A stretch of DNA of 64,000 bases from Phoronis australis. Lineage: Eukaryota > Animalia > Phoronida. Position numbers and translations under genes: made by a program. Numbering within the stretch: position 1 is the stretch's first letter; each line of letters begins with the position of its first letter. Shown here one piece after another: positions 1-18,980 of the stretch. Location: assembly GCA_002633005.1 (NCBI GenBank), contig NMRA01000275.1:472893-536892 (forward strand). Direction: 5' to 3'. The notes beneath the pieces are model-generated. The model was not told where the DNA came from. It did no database searches and saw nothing but the letters and a program-made list of their open reading frames with translations.

Positions 1-891
1 AGCTATTATCAGACAATATTTTTAAAAAATTCGACATTCACAACTATATTAGAAGCTTTTTGAAATGTAAAAAAATATATTTATTTTTGTCAGAGATTGT
101 TGAGATTTCACCATAACTTGCAAATAATGTTTCAAGTAATAAATTGTTGGCTTTTTGCTGTTAAGTGCTGACAGATGCTGCATTTTGCAAACCACTCACC
201 AAATGCTTTTGTACAGTAGACTGCCTGACATGTAGTTACATTTGCTTAATGAGTTCTAGGTTTGAGAAATTAGGTTTTGTGTGGGTTGTGTCAGTGTGAA
301 ACATTAGTTGTATTTAGAATATGTTTCATTTATAAATTTTTTGTTGAACTTGAATAACAATTATTACTCTTTTACTATCCAAGGTGGCTGCCAGATGCCA
401 TCTTTGATAAAGCTTTGTTTACTCATAACTGGCTGCATTTCAGTGTAAATTTGACAAAAATGAAAAGCAAAAAAATGTGCTGGTTGCATAAGAAATTGAA
501 ACGACAGGGGAAGCATTGCACAAGTCATTGGCAAATGGAAAGTGAATAAAGTATAGAAAAAGCAAATGCAAACTTACGGAGTAATCCATTGCTTTGTAAA
601 AAATATAATTTTGGTATTTATAATTAGTTCACCTTTTTAGCTAAATGTCACGCATTAAAATATGTGTTTCCTACTGTTAAGCATTTGTACGTAATTATAA
701 ATTCCTGATATTTAGTTGCTTGACATGTGTTTGTGACGTGTGTGATGTAGTGGGAGCTAGTGTGGCCAGTGTCTTATCAATGTTAGAATTTACTTTTCAT
801 TGACTAAGCAAAACATTTCACATTTCAACTAAATTATAACACTACACATGTTTAGGAAATCTGATATTTACGAAACTAAAAACGTTGCAGG

Positions 892-1218
892 CATAGGTCA
901 CAAAGGCTGGACCCATCACACATACATAGGTCACAAAAGTTGGACCCATCACACTTACATTGACCACAAAGGCTGGACCCATCACACATACATAGGCCAC
1001 AAAGGTTGGACCCATCATACATACATTGGCCACAAAGGTTGGACCCATCACACATACATTGACCACAAAGGTTGGACCCATCACACATACATTGACCACA
1101 AAGGCTGGACCCATCACACATACATAGGTCACAAAGGTTGGACCCATCACACATTCTAGGCTACAAAGGTTGGACCCATCACACATACATAGGTCAAAAA
1201 GCTTGGGCCCATCACACA
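892..1218. repeat. 33-bp minisatellite, ~10 copies
   Basis: Unit CATAGGTCACAAAGGTTGGACCCATCACACATA, head-to-tail with no spacers; intronic. Confidence 0.95.
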
Positions 1219-1930
1219 ATTTAACTAAGTAGCAAGCTATTTAGGAAATTGAGTGCCATGTAATTGAATAGCAAGCTATTTGTGAATATCAGGAATTTAT
1301 AAGGAAGTACAAAATCAATGTTAAATGGCATGATATAACTTGTTCATTTACTAAATAATGAAACTATTTATAAACAACAAGAATTTTCAAATAGATTCAC
1401 AAATGGTACCCCATATAAACAATATTATAGTCTTTTAATAAATATTACCAGTTCCTTTTTGGCAGTCTATGCTATGGTTAATTACCTTCAGTTTCACAGG
1501 TGTACTGTTCCAAGCATCTGCAAATTTGTCACGGTTGACTGCTTACATCTCTATACTTTGCTCTGCATGTATATAGCCTCCATACCAGATGCTTGTTGCA
1601 CAGAGAATGCTACTGCATGCTTACAATCTGTTCTTTTTGCATGTTGATCTCTTTCTAATTTTTATTTTTTTTCACATTGAAATTCCACGAATGTCCGTGA
1701 TAAGTGTTTTTATGTTTTAGAAATGATCACAAACATAATTTATATCATCAGTGATCAAATTGAATCGTGTGCGTCATTGGAACTTGAAAGTTTCAATTTG
1801 GACTTCAGGAAGAAAGGAGTTGGCACTGTCATGTAAATCAAATTTTAATTCAAAGTTAGATCTTTGGGTATTGAGCATTTTAAGTATTGTACTGTCATTA
1901 AATTGCTTCATAGTCATTGCATGGTTTCAG

Positions 1931-2085
1931 AGAATCAACAGGTAAACACACAGGCCCTGTCTGGCAGCTGAAGTGGATTGAGAAGATGGGTGGCTCAGAT
2001 GGTGACCGCACTGAGGTGCTAATATCGGTGTCAACAGATGGCAGGGTGACTCAGTGGATGATTAGGAAGGGATTCGAGTGTAGTG
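1931..2085 (+). CDS. DNAI4: DNAI4/WDR78 exon
   Basis: tttcAG|...G|GTaggt; ESTGKHTGPVWQLKWIEK...RKGFECS. Confidence 0.9.
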
Positions 2086-5000
2086 GTAGGTCTGCAGATT
2101 GTGAACGTAGTTTTGTTCCACAACCACTTTCTGTGAACGTACCACTCTGTGAGCATACTGTTTACGTGAGCCATAAAGTATGGTAAAATTATACCTGTTC
2201 AGGGCACAATGTGAAAGACATGTCACATTTTTATTTTCTCCTTCTTTTCATACACAACATGTAGCTGGGAAGTTTTACTTTGCCATTTCTACTTTCGCTA
2301 CTGTAACTACCAACAGACAGTGTTTTGAAAAACTGCGGGCATTCTCAATAATGTCAAAAGCTTTTGAAAAATGAAAAAGTCATTTTTAGCAATTAGTCTT
2401 GTACAACAGTTATGGGCAAAGTGAACTAAAATAAGATGAGTGCAAATTTAGCCTATTTAATTATGTTTTAATCAATCAAATTTTGACTTTGGAAAATGCT
2501 GTATTGTGGAACTAATTTAAGGTCATATTGGATACCAGTTAGTGTGAACAAATATCAGAAAGTCAATTTCCATTAATCCCATGTAACCTACATATTGTTA
2601 CGATTTATTGTCATATTTTCTGATGTTGCCATTTAAAAAATCTGCAAAATTGATTCTCGCCTGCTTAATATTAGCTTCACTTTTCCATCTAACAAAGTTA
2701 ACTTAATTCAGTTTTGCTGAACTCAGTGCTGGGGGGAGGGGGGGGGGTAACAGTCAGTCATTTCCTGTTTAACTATCCTACTCTCAGATTACCCACGGAG
2801 CATGTTCAGCTTGCAAGAGTGGTTACGATTGCTGCTAAGCCAGAACCCACTTAATAGACTATTCCGCTTATTATCATAATTTACGACGAAACCTAAGGTA
2901 TCACATTAACCAGGCTCCACTGTAATACGTTTTCATTAATTGCTTATACTGTCTTGTTGCAGATCTGATGAAGCTGAAGAGGATCCAGACAAAACAGCCC
3001 GGTAAAAAGCATGAGAAACGTGGAGATGCGCTCATCTCAAGACTGGCAGGCGGACTCTCGTTTGATTTCAACATTAGGGATTCTAATATGTAAGCTTTTT
3101 GTAGGACAGGAAAATGGTTATACAGTAAACCTTCCTGGTATAGGATGTATTTTTAATTGGGAACTGTTGAAACTTATCAGGAAAAAATTTTAAATTTCTC
3201 CATTTCTGATTTAAGCGAGGGCCAGATGGCCTTTGTGAAACTATTTAGATAGCATTAATGTGTTTAATATGAACATTGCTTCACCTTCTTTAACATGTCA
3301 TTTTTGCCATTTTAAAACCTCCATTAATAGCAATGTATGTTGCAATAATTGTAAATTCAGTTTTACAAAAATGTGAAACTGACCATTTCATTAACAAATA
3401 TTATTATTGTCAACAAAATAAATATTACAAACTAATGTCTCTTATTAGTCAATCTCCTCTAAATTTTAGTCATGTGGTATGTTGTTGCTTTGGTTATGGA
3501 TACGATTTCTGTTATGTTTTGAAATAGCTGATATGACAGTCTCTTCTAATTTTTAAGTCTTGTTGGTATATTCATTTGATTATTGTAGATATATAGCTGG
3601 TACAGAGGAAGGTCACATTCACAAGTGTTCATGTTCGTACAATGAACAGTTTCTGGATACATACTCCGGTCATGGGGTGAGTGCCTTATTTCATAGTCAA
3701 CATAAATATAAAACCAAACACTGATTTAGATTTTTAACAATCCATAAAATGTGCAGAAGCCCAGGGAGTTCCAAACTTTTTAGTGAATTTGTAAATTTTC
3801 TTTTTGACACAAAATTTCCTGCAACACCTTTTGTAGGTAATGGAAAACAGATCTCTGTGAAAAATTATTGTTTCAAAAAATTCAGTCATTCGTCTACAGC
3901 TGTCTATTACTGTCATGTGCGTTATACAATGTTTCTATTAGTATCAAGGATTTTAAAATAAATGGCATCTTGAGTTAAAATTTAGTATTTAAAAATGGAT
4001 AATGTGCCCTTTGCCAACCAAGATGGCTGTAGGTTCCGTGACTTAACTTTTGCGACCTGCTTATAGTGGAAGTTTTTCTTATGATGTAGAGGCTATGTTG
4101 AACCATAGTGTCTTATGGTGTACATGCTATGTTGAAGCATAGTGCCCTGCGGTTGAACATAGTGACTTTTCTGAAAACATTGTGGCTGACAACTATTGAA
4201 TATTAAAGTGACTATAGTCATATGGCCCAGTTGCCTTGGTCAGATGAGTCACTCGTTCTGCTGTTAGGAAATTACCTGTGAGTGAAGAAGTGATGAGGAA
4301 GTATGAAAAAGGGTATTTTGTGTGATAAGTGCACAACTTTTTGTCCTGTTTTTTATATTGAAAAAATATGTCTTTGCCAACAGGGTCCAGTCTATGGGCT
4401 CCAATGGTCACCATTTGCCAATGATGTATTTCTGAGCTGTAGTGCTGATTGGAGTATACGACTGTGGCTGCAGGATCGACCCAGGCCCATACTCACGTTT
4501 TTATCTTCCACGGTTAGTTGAACTTATTTTTTTGTTCAGAACTAAAAATTTGCACTGAGAGAATGGATTGATTTTTATCCAGTAAGAGATATTGAGCTGG
4601 TTAAGGAATGTCTTGGCTTGATTTAACTCAATAAGTTTCATTGTGATGCATTAAAATATTTTGTTATGCCTCATATTTTGGAAGACTCTTCTTTGTTTAG
4701 TCAGCTACGTTCTTTGCATTTAGTTTTATTAATTGAATTACAAAATCTGAGGTTCTTTGATAAATGTTACAAACTGTGGTTGTATCCAATCATCAAATAT
4801 AACATTTCTTTCAACAGAAAGCAGTTCACTCTGTGTGCTGGTCACCCAAATCGTCCACAGTGTTTGCATGTGTGAATGAAGGTGCAGTTGAAGTATGGGA
4901 TCTCAACATCAGCACGTGAGTAGGGAACACTCACCAACAGACTTCTGTTTTGATTTGAAAACATGGCGGATTATTACAGCTGACAACAGCATAAGCAGAT

Positions 5001-7718
5001 TTAGGAGCAGACCCAGAGTGCAATCTCCAGACATAAATAAAATGCCACCGACATGTTTAAAAGTGATGTCACGAAAGCTGCATGCTGTTTTTGGGGGGTG
5101 ACGTGAAATTTTACCTAAAATTGTGGTTGACATTCTAGATCTACCATTGAGAGGGTGGGAGACGTATGATGACGATCTTAAGTTGACTGTTAGGGAAATT
5201 TTCAACTTAACCCCATGTGGGTACTTTCTGGGCTCTTGTCAGAGAAATTCAAGGGCAAGTATGCAGATGAGTCTCTAAGTGTTTGTACAGACATCCAGCA
5301 TACCAAATGTACTTATTCTTCTTAAAATCTATCCATTGGTTGAAAAAAATCACTGTTCAAAATAAAGGGCTTATGATTTCCAAAGAGTCTTTGAAATTTC
5401 ACTGCAAGGATCCAGGTTGTTTTATTATCATGGGGGATTAAAAAAATAGCTATTTTTGCGAGTTCATAATGAATATTGATAAGGTTACAAACACTAAAGA
5501 TTAATAATAAGCTTTACATTGATTGGATAACCAGTACTCATGTGATGACCTTTTGTTGTTGCAGGCTGGACCCTATTATTGTTAACACACCAGTGAGTGG
5601 AGTCAAGCTCACAACCATCTCATTTGCCAGGAATTCTGATGTAAGTAAACCCTTGTTCTAACAAAACACTCGCACTTGGAAAATTATTATGCTAAAACAA
5701 CCTTTTTTAAATTAAACTACTTTTAATAAACAATTTAAAAGTGATCTCAACCATCCCTTACCAGGGTTGGGAGTGATTTTAGACTAAAAAAACTGACAAG
5801 ATTTTACCTTGTCCAGAAATCATTAAGTGGGCTAGCAATATCTTTGTGTTGTAATCTTGTCAGCAAAATTGAGAGACAAATAAACAAGTTCCTTCCCCAT
5901 CCAAGATTGAGTTACTGTTTCGTGTTCTTAGGTGTTATGGTCCTTGTTAAAACAGCACTGTAATGTTTAGCTGTTCGTGAAAGTTCTTGATCTGTTTTGA
6001 GTAGTTTTGGACATATTATTCCTAGTAAGCTAAAAAATTTTTCGCAACAAATGTATCATATTCATTATGCCACATCTTAAATGTCAATTGTCATATAGTG
6101 TTTGATTTTACTTTATTTCTGTTTCTGTTGACGAAGGACATTACTATATTCAAAAATTTCAGTTGATCCATTCGTTGTTTTATTTACCTATTTGTAGTAA
6201 GCTAAAACGTTTTTGAGGAACCAGACTCAACTGGCACTTTAACTTTTCAGTTTTTGTTATTACCAATTTGACAAAATTTGCAAGTCAGATTAACTGGTAA
6301 CTTTTTGTACTAAATGTTGTGCTTTTTTGTTCTTAGTACACACTATGTCTTGCTCCTTCAGCTTACATGGGTACTGTCATTAACAGCATCCTTTTCTTAT
6401 TAATGCAGTTTTTTTTCTTACATAGAAATTTGTTTGCAAAATCATTGATTATACCATCAATTAGTAAAATTACAGTTTATTTACCTGGAAATCGAATCAA
6501 TATGTCCAAGTATACTCGTATGACACAAAAGCAGATGCAACTGGTGTAGGCCTGCTTTTGTCACCAAACCTCATATCAGTTCTCACCAGCTCAGCTCTTT
6601 TCTCATAAACACATTTTGTTTCATGGCAGCTAGGAGGCACGAGGTGCACATGCTTGGTAATATGGTGCATAACATGGCAAGCATAACTTTAGAATAACAT
6701 TACTGTGACCGTAGACTGATGTCATTAATAATTGTGACTGTTTTTCAGAGTCTACTTGTTGGGGACAGTGATGGCCAGATAACTGTGTACCAGATTAGAT
6801 GTATGCCAGAACCACATGCAGATCAGGTCAGAATTTATAGTTATTTGTAACCTACATTGTCTATAAGAATTGTATCTTGATTCTAGAATATTTTACGTGA
6901 TAGAACATTTACAAAATTGATACATCACTCATCCAGAAATTATCTGTTTGAGTGTAAACATTGGCAGTGCTGACTGTTTTCTATGAACTGAGTTTCAACG
7001 AGGTTAAGAAATTTGTCAAAGATTTTTCTGTGATGTGACAATGTCAGCAAACATGACAAAATCAGGTATTTGAAAAAATATGAAGTCATATAGCTGTGGC
7101 TCTGGGGACTGTTTTTCAAGGATACCTAGAACCAAAAATATTTTGTTAGATAGCCTTGCATTCTGGTCCTTTAACATTACATTACAGTTATGATAATGTA
7201 ATGAAGGACTGGACAGATCATTTGTGAATAGGGCTGTTCCAGCTACATGTATAAGTAGACAAATGGCTGTTCAGGACATTCATCATTTCTTCTCCTTTAG
7301 ATCAGCCTTAAATGTAGTATGGCCGTCACCTAGAAATCCCCAATCTTCTGCAATTCAAGTCTTCTATACATCTCTGCAACACTGCATTACATTATACGGC
7401 CTTATGGAGAAATAATAGTGTCCCAAGTCATAACTACTTGAGACACTGAGTTGTGAGTCTCAGTAGATTCAGAATTAATACCTTATCTGTGGCTAATGTG
7501 TTTACATTAGAAACTATGGTCAGTGAACTCGGAGGTCCAGCCCGAGTACATAAAAGTCTGGTCACTGAACCATTTCCCGTACCTGTTCAACAAATGGTGA
7601 CAAATAACGTTGAAATTACTTGTTGTAGGTGGGAACTCTGCTGAAGATTATCCAATCCTCTCTTGCAAGCCAACTGCAAGCACCAGAGGAAGAGGCAGAG
7701 GAGGCAGCCAAAGAATGA
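1931..7718 (+). CDS. DNAI4: Dynein axonemal intermediate chain 4 (WDR78), 3' portion; 8 coding exons, 5' end outside window
   Basis: Exons 1931-2085, 2963-3089, 3589-3676, 4384-4512, 4818-4915, 5565-5640, 6749-6826, 7629-7718 join in frame via GT-AG introns. Peptide has dynein-IC WD40 motifs typical of WDR78: KHTGPVWQLKWI, LISVSTDGRVTQW, YIAGTEEGHIHKCSCSYNEQFLDTYSGH, FLSCSADWSIRLW, LLVGDSDGQITVY; TGA at 7716-7718. Confidence 0.93.
2963..3089 (+). CDS. DNAI4: DNAI4/WDR78 exon
   Basis: ttgcAG|...|GTaagc; DLMKLKRIQTK...DALISRLAGGLSFDFNIRDSNI. Confidence 0.9.
3589..3676 (+). CDS. DNAI4: DNAI4/WDR78 exon
   Basis: tgtAG|...|GTgagt; YIAGTEEGHIHKCSCSYNEQFLDTYSGHG. Confidence 0.92.
4384..4512 (+). 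CDS. DNAI4: DNAI4/WDR78 exon
   Basis: aacAG|...|GTtagt; GPVYGLQWSPFANDVFLSCSADWSIRLW...FLSST. Confidence 0.92.
4818..4915 (+). CDS. DNAI4: DNAI4/WDR78 exon
   Basis: caacAG|...|GTgagt; KAVHSVCWSPKSSTVFACVNEGAVEVWDLNIST. Confidence 0.9.
5565..5640 (+). CDS. DNAI4: DNAI4/WDR78 exon
   Basis: ttgcAG|...|GTaagt; LDPIIVNTPVSGVKLTTISFARNSD. Confidence 0.88.
6749..6826 (+). CDS. DNAI4: DNAI4/WDR78 exon
   Basis: tttcAG|...|GTcaga; SLLVGDSDGQITVYQIRCMPEPHADQ. Confidence 0.88.
7629..7718 (+). CDS. DNAI4: DNAI4/WDR78 terminal coding exon
   Basis: tgtAG|VGTLLKIIQSSLASQLQAPEEEAEEAAKE*. Confidence 0.82.
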   Translation: MGTLLKIIQSSLASQLQAPEEEAEEAAKE

Positions 7719-8361
7719 AGTGTTTGATTTTGACCAATAGGAATCACTTTTACAAGACAAAGTGAATAATTGTAATGCGAGGAACTGTTGGGTAGTGAAA
7801 GTGAGGTCCGATTTGTGGTTTTCGTCTCTTACCCAAAAGGACTGTTTGTGATGTATAGTTTAATGGAATGTTATCTTACTGAAATGAAAGTCATGTTTTT
7901 ACTCTTATGAAATGTCTAAATGTAATACTTTGTCTCACAAGAGGTACACTTGAAAATATGAAATTTATTTATTTTGAAATATCTGTTTTACCTATCATTT
8001 TTGCACATATAAAAATATACTTAGCATCTGATCTACCAATCCTGGCATTACATTTTATTTGTACAGTGATCGATTCCCAAACTAGTTTATGTGACAAATT
8101 GCCTCAACACAGTCAAGTTGCCACCTTTCTTTGCACTTGGTTACGTGTTGTTTGCACGTAGAAGTATGCAGTCAAGTCGTTTATCAGTCATCATTTTTGT
8201 GAAGCTCATCGCTCAAAATCAGACCCATTCTACTAAATACATGCATGTCTCTGCATAAGTAATCACCACATCTAAGGCCATAGGCTGTGAATAGGCATGG
8301 TTTCCCTCGAGTTTGTTCGAAGATTGTTGCAAACTGCTGTCAATAGAAATTAGACAAGATC

Positions 8362-10073
8362 AACGCGGAGCATTGAAATGTGCCCACAAATGCACCGCAA
8401 ACGGAGTGCTTCTAGGGTTGATTATTTCTTTCATAAATATAGCCACAAGAGGGCGAAAAAAAAAATCAAATCCATATGAAAATGGGTACATGCCATCGCT
8501 TCTTCAATAGTCTAAGAAAGCTATTTAGCAAATTTCAAAAAAATCTGTCAAGGAACTTCAGAGAAACAAAGGAAAACAAAAAATAATGAAATTGCCACTT
8601 TGGGACACAGCCTTCATTGGATCCGCCTGAAAGACGTCGTCATCTGTTGTTAGCTTTACAATTAACTAAATTTAATAAAGGTCCTGCAGTGAGTTTAGGA
8701 GATGCAGCTATGGGCACAAAACAAAACTACGACTGGGAGGCGCTACAGTAGTCAAATGCGTTATTGTCAACCGTCCTCTTCAGACTGAGAACATATACCA
8801 TATACCAATTTTCACAGTCATCCTCAGAATGGTTTGGTTGATCGAGGAGTGGACGGCAAAAAACAAGACACGAAAACAAGAATAATGGCAACTAGGTGGT
8901 GCAAAAGTTCCTCGATTCCATCCCAAAGTACAGGATAGCATCATCTCACCAATAAATGCCAATACTCCAAACTTTCTTATAATCCGTCGACGACCTTTGA
9001 AGAAACAGAGGTATGCCTAAAAAATGAAAATTGCCACTACGGGGCACACTGGTTGTCAGATCTGTTTGAAAGTTGTTGTCATCCGTTGTTAACATCATAT
9101 AAATACACTTGCTAAATTTAGCAAAGATGCTGCAAACCGTTTAGGGGATACAGCCATGGGCACAAAAAAAAACAAAACTGCCTCTAGGAGGCGCCACAGT
9201 AGTCGAAGTCATTGGTAAATCATCGTCAGCTTCGTAGTAAGAACATACATGCCAATTTTCACAATCATCCTTAGTGCAGTTTGGTTGATAGAGGGGTGGA
9301 CACCAAAAAACAGACTAAAAAGGGGAGGATAGCTTCATCTCAATAATAGGTGTCTATATTTCAAATTTTATGAAAATACATTGAGGACTTTTGAAGATAC
9401 AGAGATGAACGTAAAAACATAAATTGCCACTAGGGGGCACACCGGTAGTCAGATTTGTCTGAAAGTTGTCGTCATCCCTTGTCAACATCATATAAATACG
9501 CTTGCAGAATTTAGTAAAGATTCTGCCAACAGTTTAGGAGATACAGCCATGGGCGCAAAAAGAGACAAAACTGCCTCTAGGAGGCGCCACAGTAGTCAAA
9601 ATTGTCGGAAAATCATCGTCAGCTGTGCTCTTCATTATAAGAACATACATGCCAATTTCCACGATCACCTTTAGAGCGGTTTGGTTGATAGAGGAATGGA
9701 CGCCAAAAAACAGACTCGAAAACAGCAAAAATGGCCACTAGGTTGCGCAAACTACGTCAAATCCGTCCGAAAACGGGAGGCTAGTGTCATTTCACCAATA
9801 GATGCTTATATGCCAAATTTTATGAAAATACGTTTAGGACCATTGAAGATGTAGAGGTAAGCGTAAAAAAACTAAAATTGCCACTAGGGGGCATAATGGT
9901 AGTCGGATCCGTCCGAAAGTTCGCTCATGCTGTCCCATCCATGATAGGAACATATGTGCAAAACTTCATGAACGTACAACAAAGCGTTTTGGAGATAGAG
10001 TAGCGGACGCAGGACGGACGGATGGAGATGACGGCATAATGTGTCCACATATAAATATGTGGGCGCATAAAAA
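8362..10073 (+). mobile_element. Non-autonomous Helentron-associated (HINE/pearl-like) element with internal ~148-bp tandem repeats
   Basis: 5' subterminal ATGTGCCCACA inverted to 3' TGTGGGCGCAT; ~10-11 degenerate ~148-bp monomers; GGAC microsatellite; 3' hairpin 10039-10068 followed by AAAAA; homologous copy at 53415-54301. Confidence 0.75.
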
Positions 10074-10414
10074 TTAGTTTGGTGGAACTTTACCTCATCT
10101 TAAGTCACTCGTCATGATAAGATATCTTCAATGGGTTACTAAGGAATCCGTTAAGCAGACGGGGGATGGTTTTAAAAGGAAGTTTGGGAGAGCGGACAAT
10201 GGTACCACCCCTACAGACCGCAACATAGTTTTTGTTGGCCACTATAAAATTAGATTGAATTTTTTATGAAATTTGATGAATAAGTTGATTTTCGAAAGGC
10301 TCCAACTGCCTCAGCAATCCCCTGTTGGCAATTCTATGATAAAATATAAGTCATTACCAACAATTAAAATACAGTCAAACAAACAAGAGATATTAGTTCT
10401 TAGTTTTTAGCATT

Positions 10415-10420
10415 TTTATT
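10415..10420 (-). terminator. Candidate poly(A) signal (AATAAA) of TFB1M
   Basis: TTTATT on + about 660 nt past the TFB1M stop. Confidence 0.4.
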
Positions 10421-11079
10421 CCAAATGTTTTAGGCTGTATTGCCAATGGTGAATAGTAACAGGCACACAATATACAACTTGGTTTAAAAGGATGCCAAAC
10501 CTGGTTTTAGCCAGGTATTAAAAACAACTATCCCATCCAGTTCTCTGAAACAAAATAATGTTGAGTAACCCTCGACAATGCTCAAAAGTCTGAAAGAAAT
10601 TTTAAAAACTCCTTTCAAAGTCAACCAAACGGGCAAGCATGAACTAGGGTTTTAGTGAATAACCCAGCAACTGAGGGAAAAGACCAGACACCAAGGACCA
10701 TAATGTCCAATCTGTAACATAAAGAGTATTCCTTAATTGATTCCTGCCTTTAAATTGGAAGATTGACGTTAATGATGCATTAGCAGGTGACAGAACGAGG
10801 ATTGGTGGAAATGATTAAACCAGGGTGTATTATCCTTTTAACTGATTATCGTGTGACTTATCAATCTACACAATCATTCTATTCAGTATTTTCTATAAAC
10901 TCTTGCCATCAAGCCATGAATTGTACTTCTGTTGTAAGAAGGAATATTCAAAAGATTCACACAAATGAGGCTGACACAAAATGAGTATACATGAATTCAA
11001 AGACCTTCTTGTACACCACATTTTGAAATAAGGTTAAACAAAAAATGTAATTGATCCAGCAAATCATTCCCTTTCCATT

Positions 11080-17021
<5,942 letters not shown>

Positions 17022-17875
17022 CTATTCAAACAAAATCATTGCCTCATCGCGATGTTCTGACCAAATCTAGTATTCGAAAAGATCAAAGTAAAGCATGTAA
17101 GATTGGGAGAGAAAAACAATGTAATAAGCATCATTTTTAAATAATTCTCCAGGTTTTATAACAGAAAAGTGTGTCACCAACCTGAAAACAGTATTATCAC
17201 GACACGGGCATGAGGCCTTTGCTAAAATTAATGTGACATTTTTCGGAAATGAAGAGTTCCATCAAATCAAAATTTGCTCTGAAATTTGGTTTGCTGGTAT
17301 TAAAATACTAAAAAATTAAGACAAACAGAAAAAAGATCCGATAATTTGCTACAATATATACAGGCAACCTCGAGCAGAGAGTCAGAACACTTGACTGAAG
17401 AACTGGCAAAAAAAGAAACTGGACAATATGTGACAGTTCTATTTGATGGCGTTGAAAGCCGACAGATGAAAATAATGGTAGATCACAATTTTGTTAGCAC
17501 CCGAAACTAGTGAGATTTTTAATGACATTAATTTTCCGTCAGATTTCATTTTGACATTTTTTACCCACATTAGTACACAGCTGTATCTTTATACAGCATC
17601 TTTATACATCTTTGCGCAAAGGCTAAATGTACACGTGCAGTGTTGAGCCTGTGTCCTCCACAGACTCTTGTAATCTGATTCCTCCAACTTAGAGAGCAGA
17701 GAACTCGCATCTATATTGCAGTGAAAGTTTGAAGGAGGATTGACAAGTTTATTCATTTGGAAAATTATTAACCAGCAGATATTCTCAGGACTTGGGGTGA
17801 TGTGCGGCAAGTTACACAATGAAAATTAAAGTTGCAAAAGTCGCGTTTGGCGAGTAAAGCTCAGACTGAATTAGA

Positions 17876-18507
17876 CAGTGACCACAGTCTCTACTGGCTC
17901 CGCACTAAAGACTTTGAAGCTCTTATAGGCGCTTCATGCGCCGGAAGATTTTCGGCGAATTATGCCTCGCACTGACTAAATCATCAATGCTACGTTGTTA
18001 TAAATACCTTTTGCGCATAGAGGGACACCTTAGGAAGCTGTCGATGTATTAAATTCCTTCGAACTGGAACAAATATTCCTGTTATCAAACTTCTTCTTCG
18101 AGCAGTCCCTCGTTCAGTTCCCAAAATCGATAACCGTGATCACCATTTTTAACACTGCGTGCGGCAGGGGATATGACGTCATACAACCTATAGCTGTCAT
18201 GCGCAGTGTTAAAAATGGTGAGTTACCGATTCTGGGAACTGAACAAGGGACTGCTCGAAGAAGAAGTTTGATAACGGGAGTATTGTTCAAGTTGGAAGGA
18301 ATTACATAGTTACATCAACAGCCTCCTAAGCTAAGCCAAGCCCAGGCCAAGGTGTCCCTTTTTGAGCAAAAGGTATTTAGAACAATGTGACTTTGAAATT
18401 TTAGTCAGTGCAACTGCAAGGCATATAATTCGCCGAAAAGCTTCCGGCATATGAAGCACTTATAGGAGCTCCAACGTCCTACATGCAAGTAGGACGGTGA
18501 TCACTGT
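17876..18507. mobile_element. Long palindromic (fold-back) MITE-like element
   Basis: ~280-bp imperfect arms, e.g. TTATCAAACTTCTTCTTCGAGCAGTCCCT / AGGGACTGCTCGAAGAAGAAGTTTGATAA and TCACCATTTTTAACACTGCG / CGCAGTGTTAAAAATGGTGA, centred near 18180. Confidence 0.8.
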
Positions 18508-18729
18508 ATGCTAAAGTCGACATCTGCAGACATTTTCTGAACATTGCCATTGACATACAATTTAACGAGCCGGCTCTGGGCAAATCAGACCTTGCAACAC
18601 TTAAACAAATGTCAGTGACAATAGGCATCAATCAGAAGCAAGTAAAACAAACCTACAAATTAACATCAGTAACTGTGACGCTTTAAAAAATGTAAAACCA
18701 CAAGAACTGTTTGATGCTGCCTCCCGACA

Positions 18730-18980
18730 AGGGCGCAGCCATATTTGAGACTTCACGAGAATCTCCAGATAACACAACAGAGTTTTGTTTATAGAAAATT
18801 ATTTTGATTTTTTCGATTTTAATTCATAAAATCTACAACTTATAAACCAAAATTTATATAAAGTCTTGTTGGAATGTGTTCAAAAGACTATATTTTGTAC
18901 ATCAGATTAAAATTGTGTTTTGTTTGCATTGTGACCTTACTGCTAGGTCAAGTTGTTTCGAAAGTTTGAAAGATGGCAGT
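18730..18980. promoter_or_regulatory. Putative bidirectional promoter shared by TFB1M (-) and XKR (+)
   Basis: Divergent YY1-like motifs: AATATGGCTGCG on - (18734-18745) and AAGATGGCAG on + (18970-18979, overlapping the XKR ATG). Possible TFB1M 5'-UTR splice: donor at 18652, acceptor at 17182. Confidence 0.5.

Noticed and set aside
842-1219. Repetitive ORFs on both strands (GHKGWTHHTYI, MCDGSNLC) and a CRISPR-like appearance
   Set aside because: By-product of a 33-bp (multiple of 3) minisatellite; no unique spacers, no cas genes, eukaryotic intron
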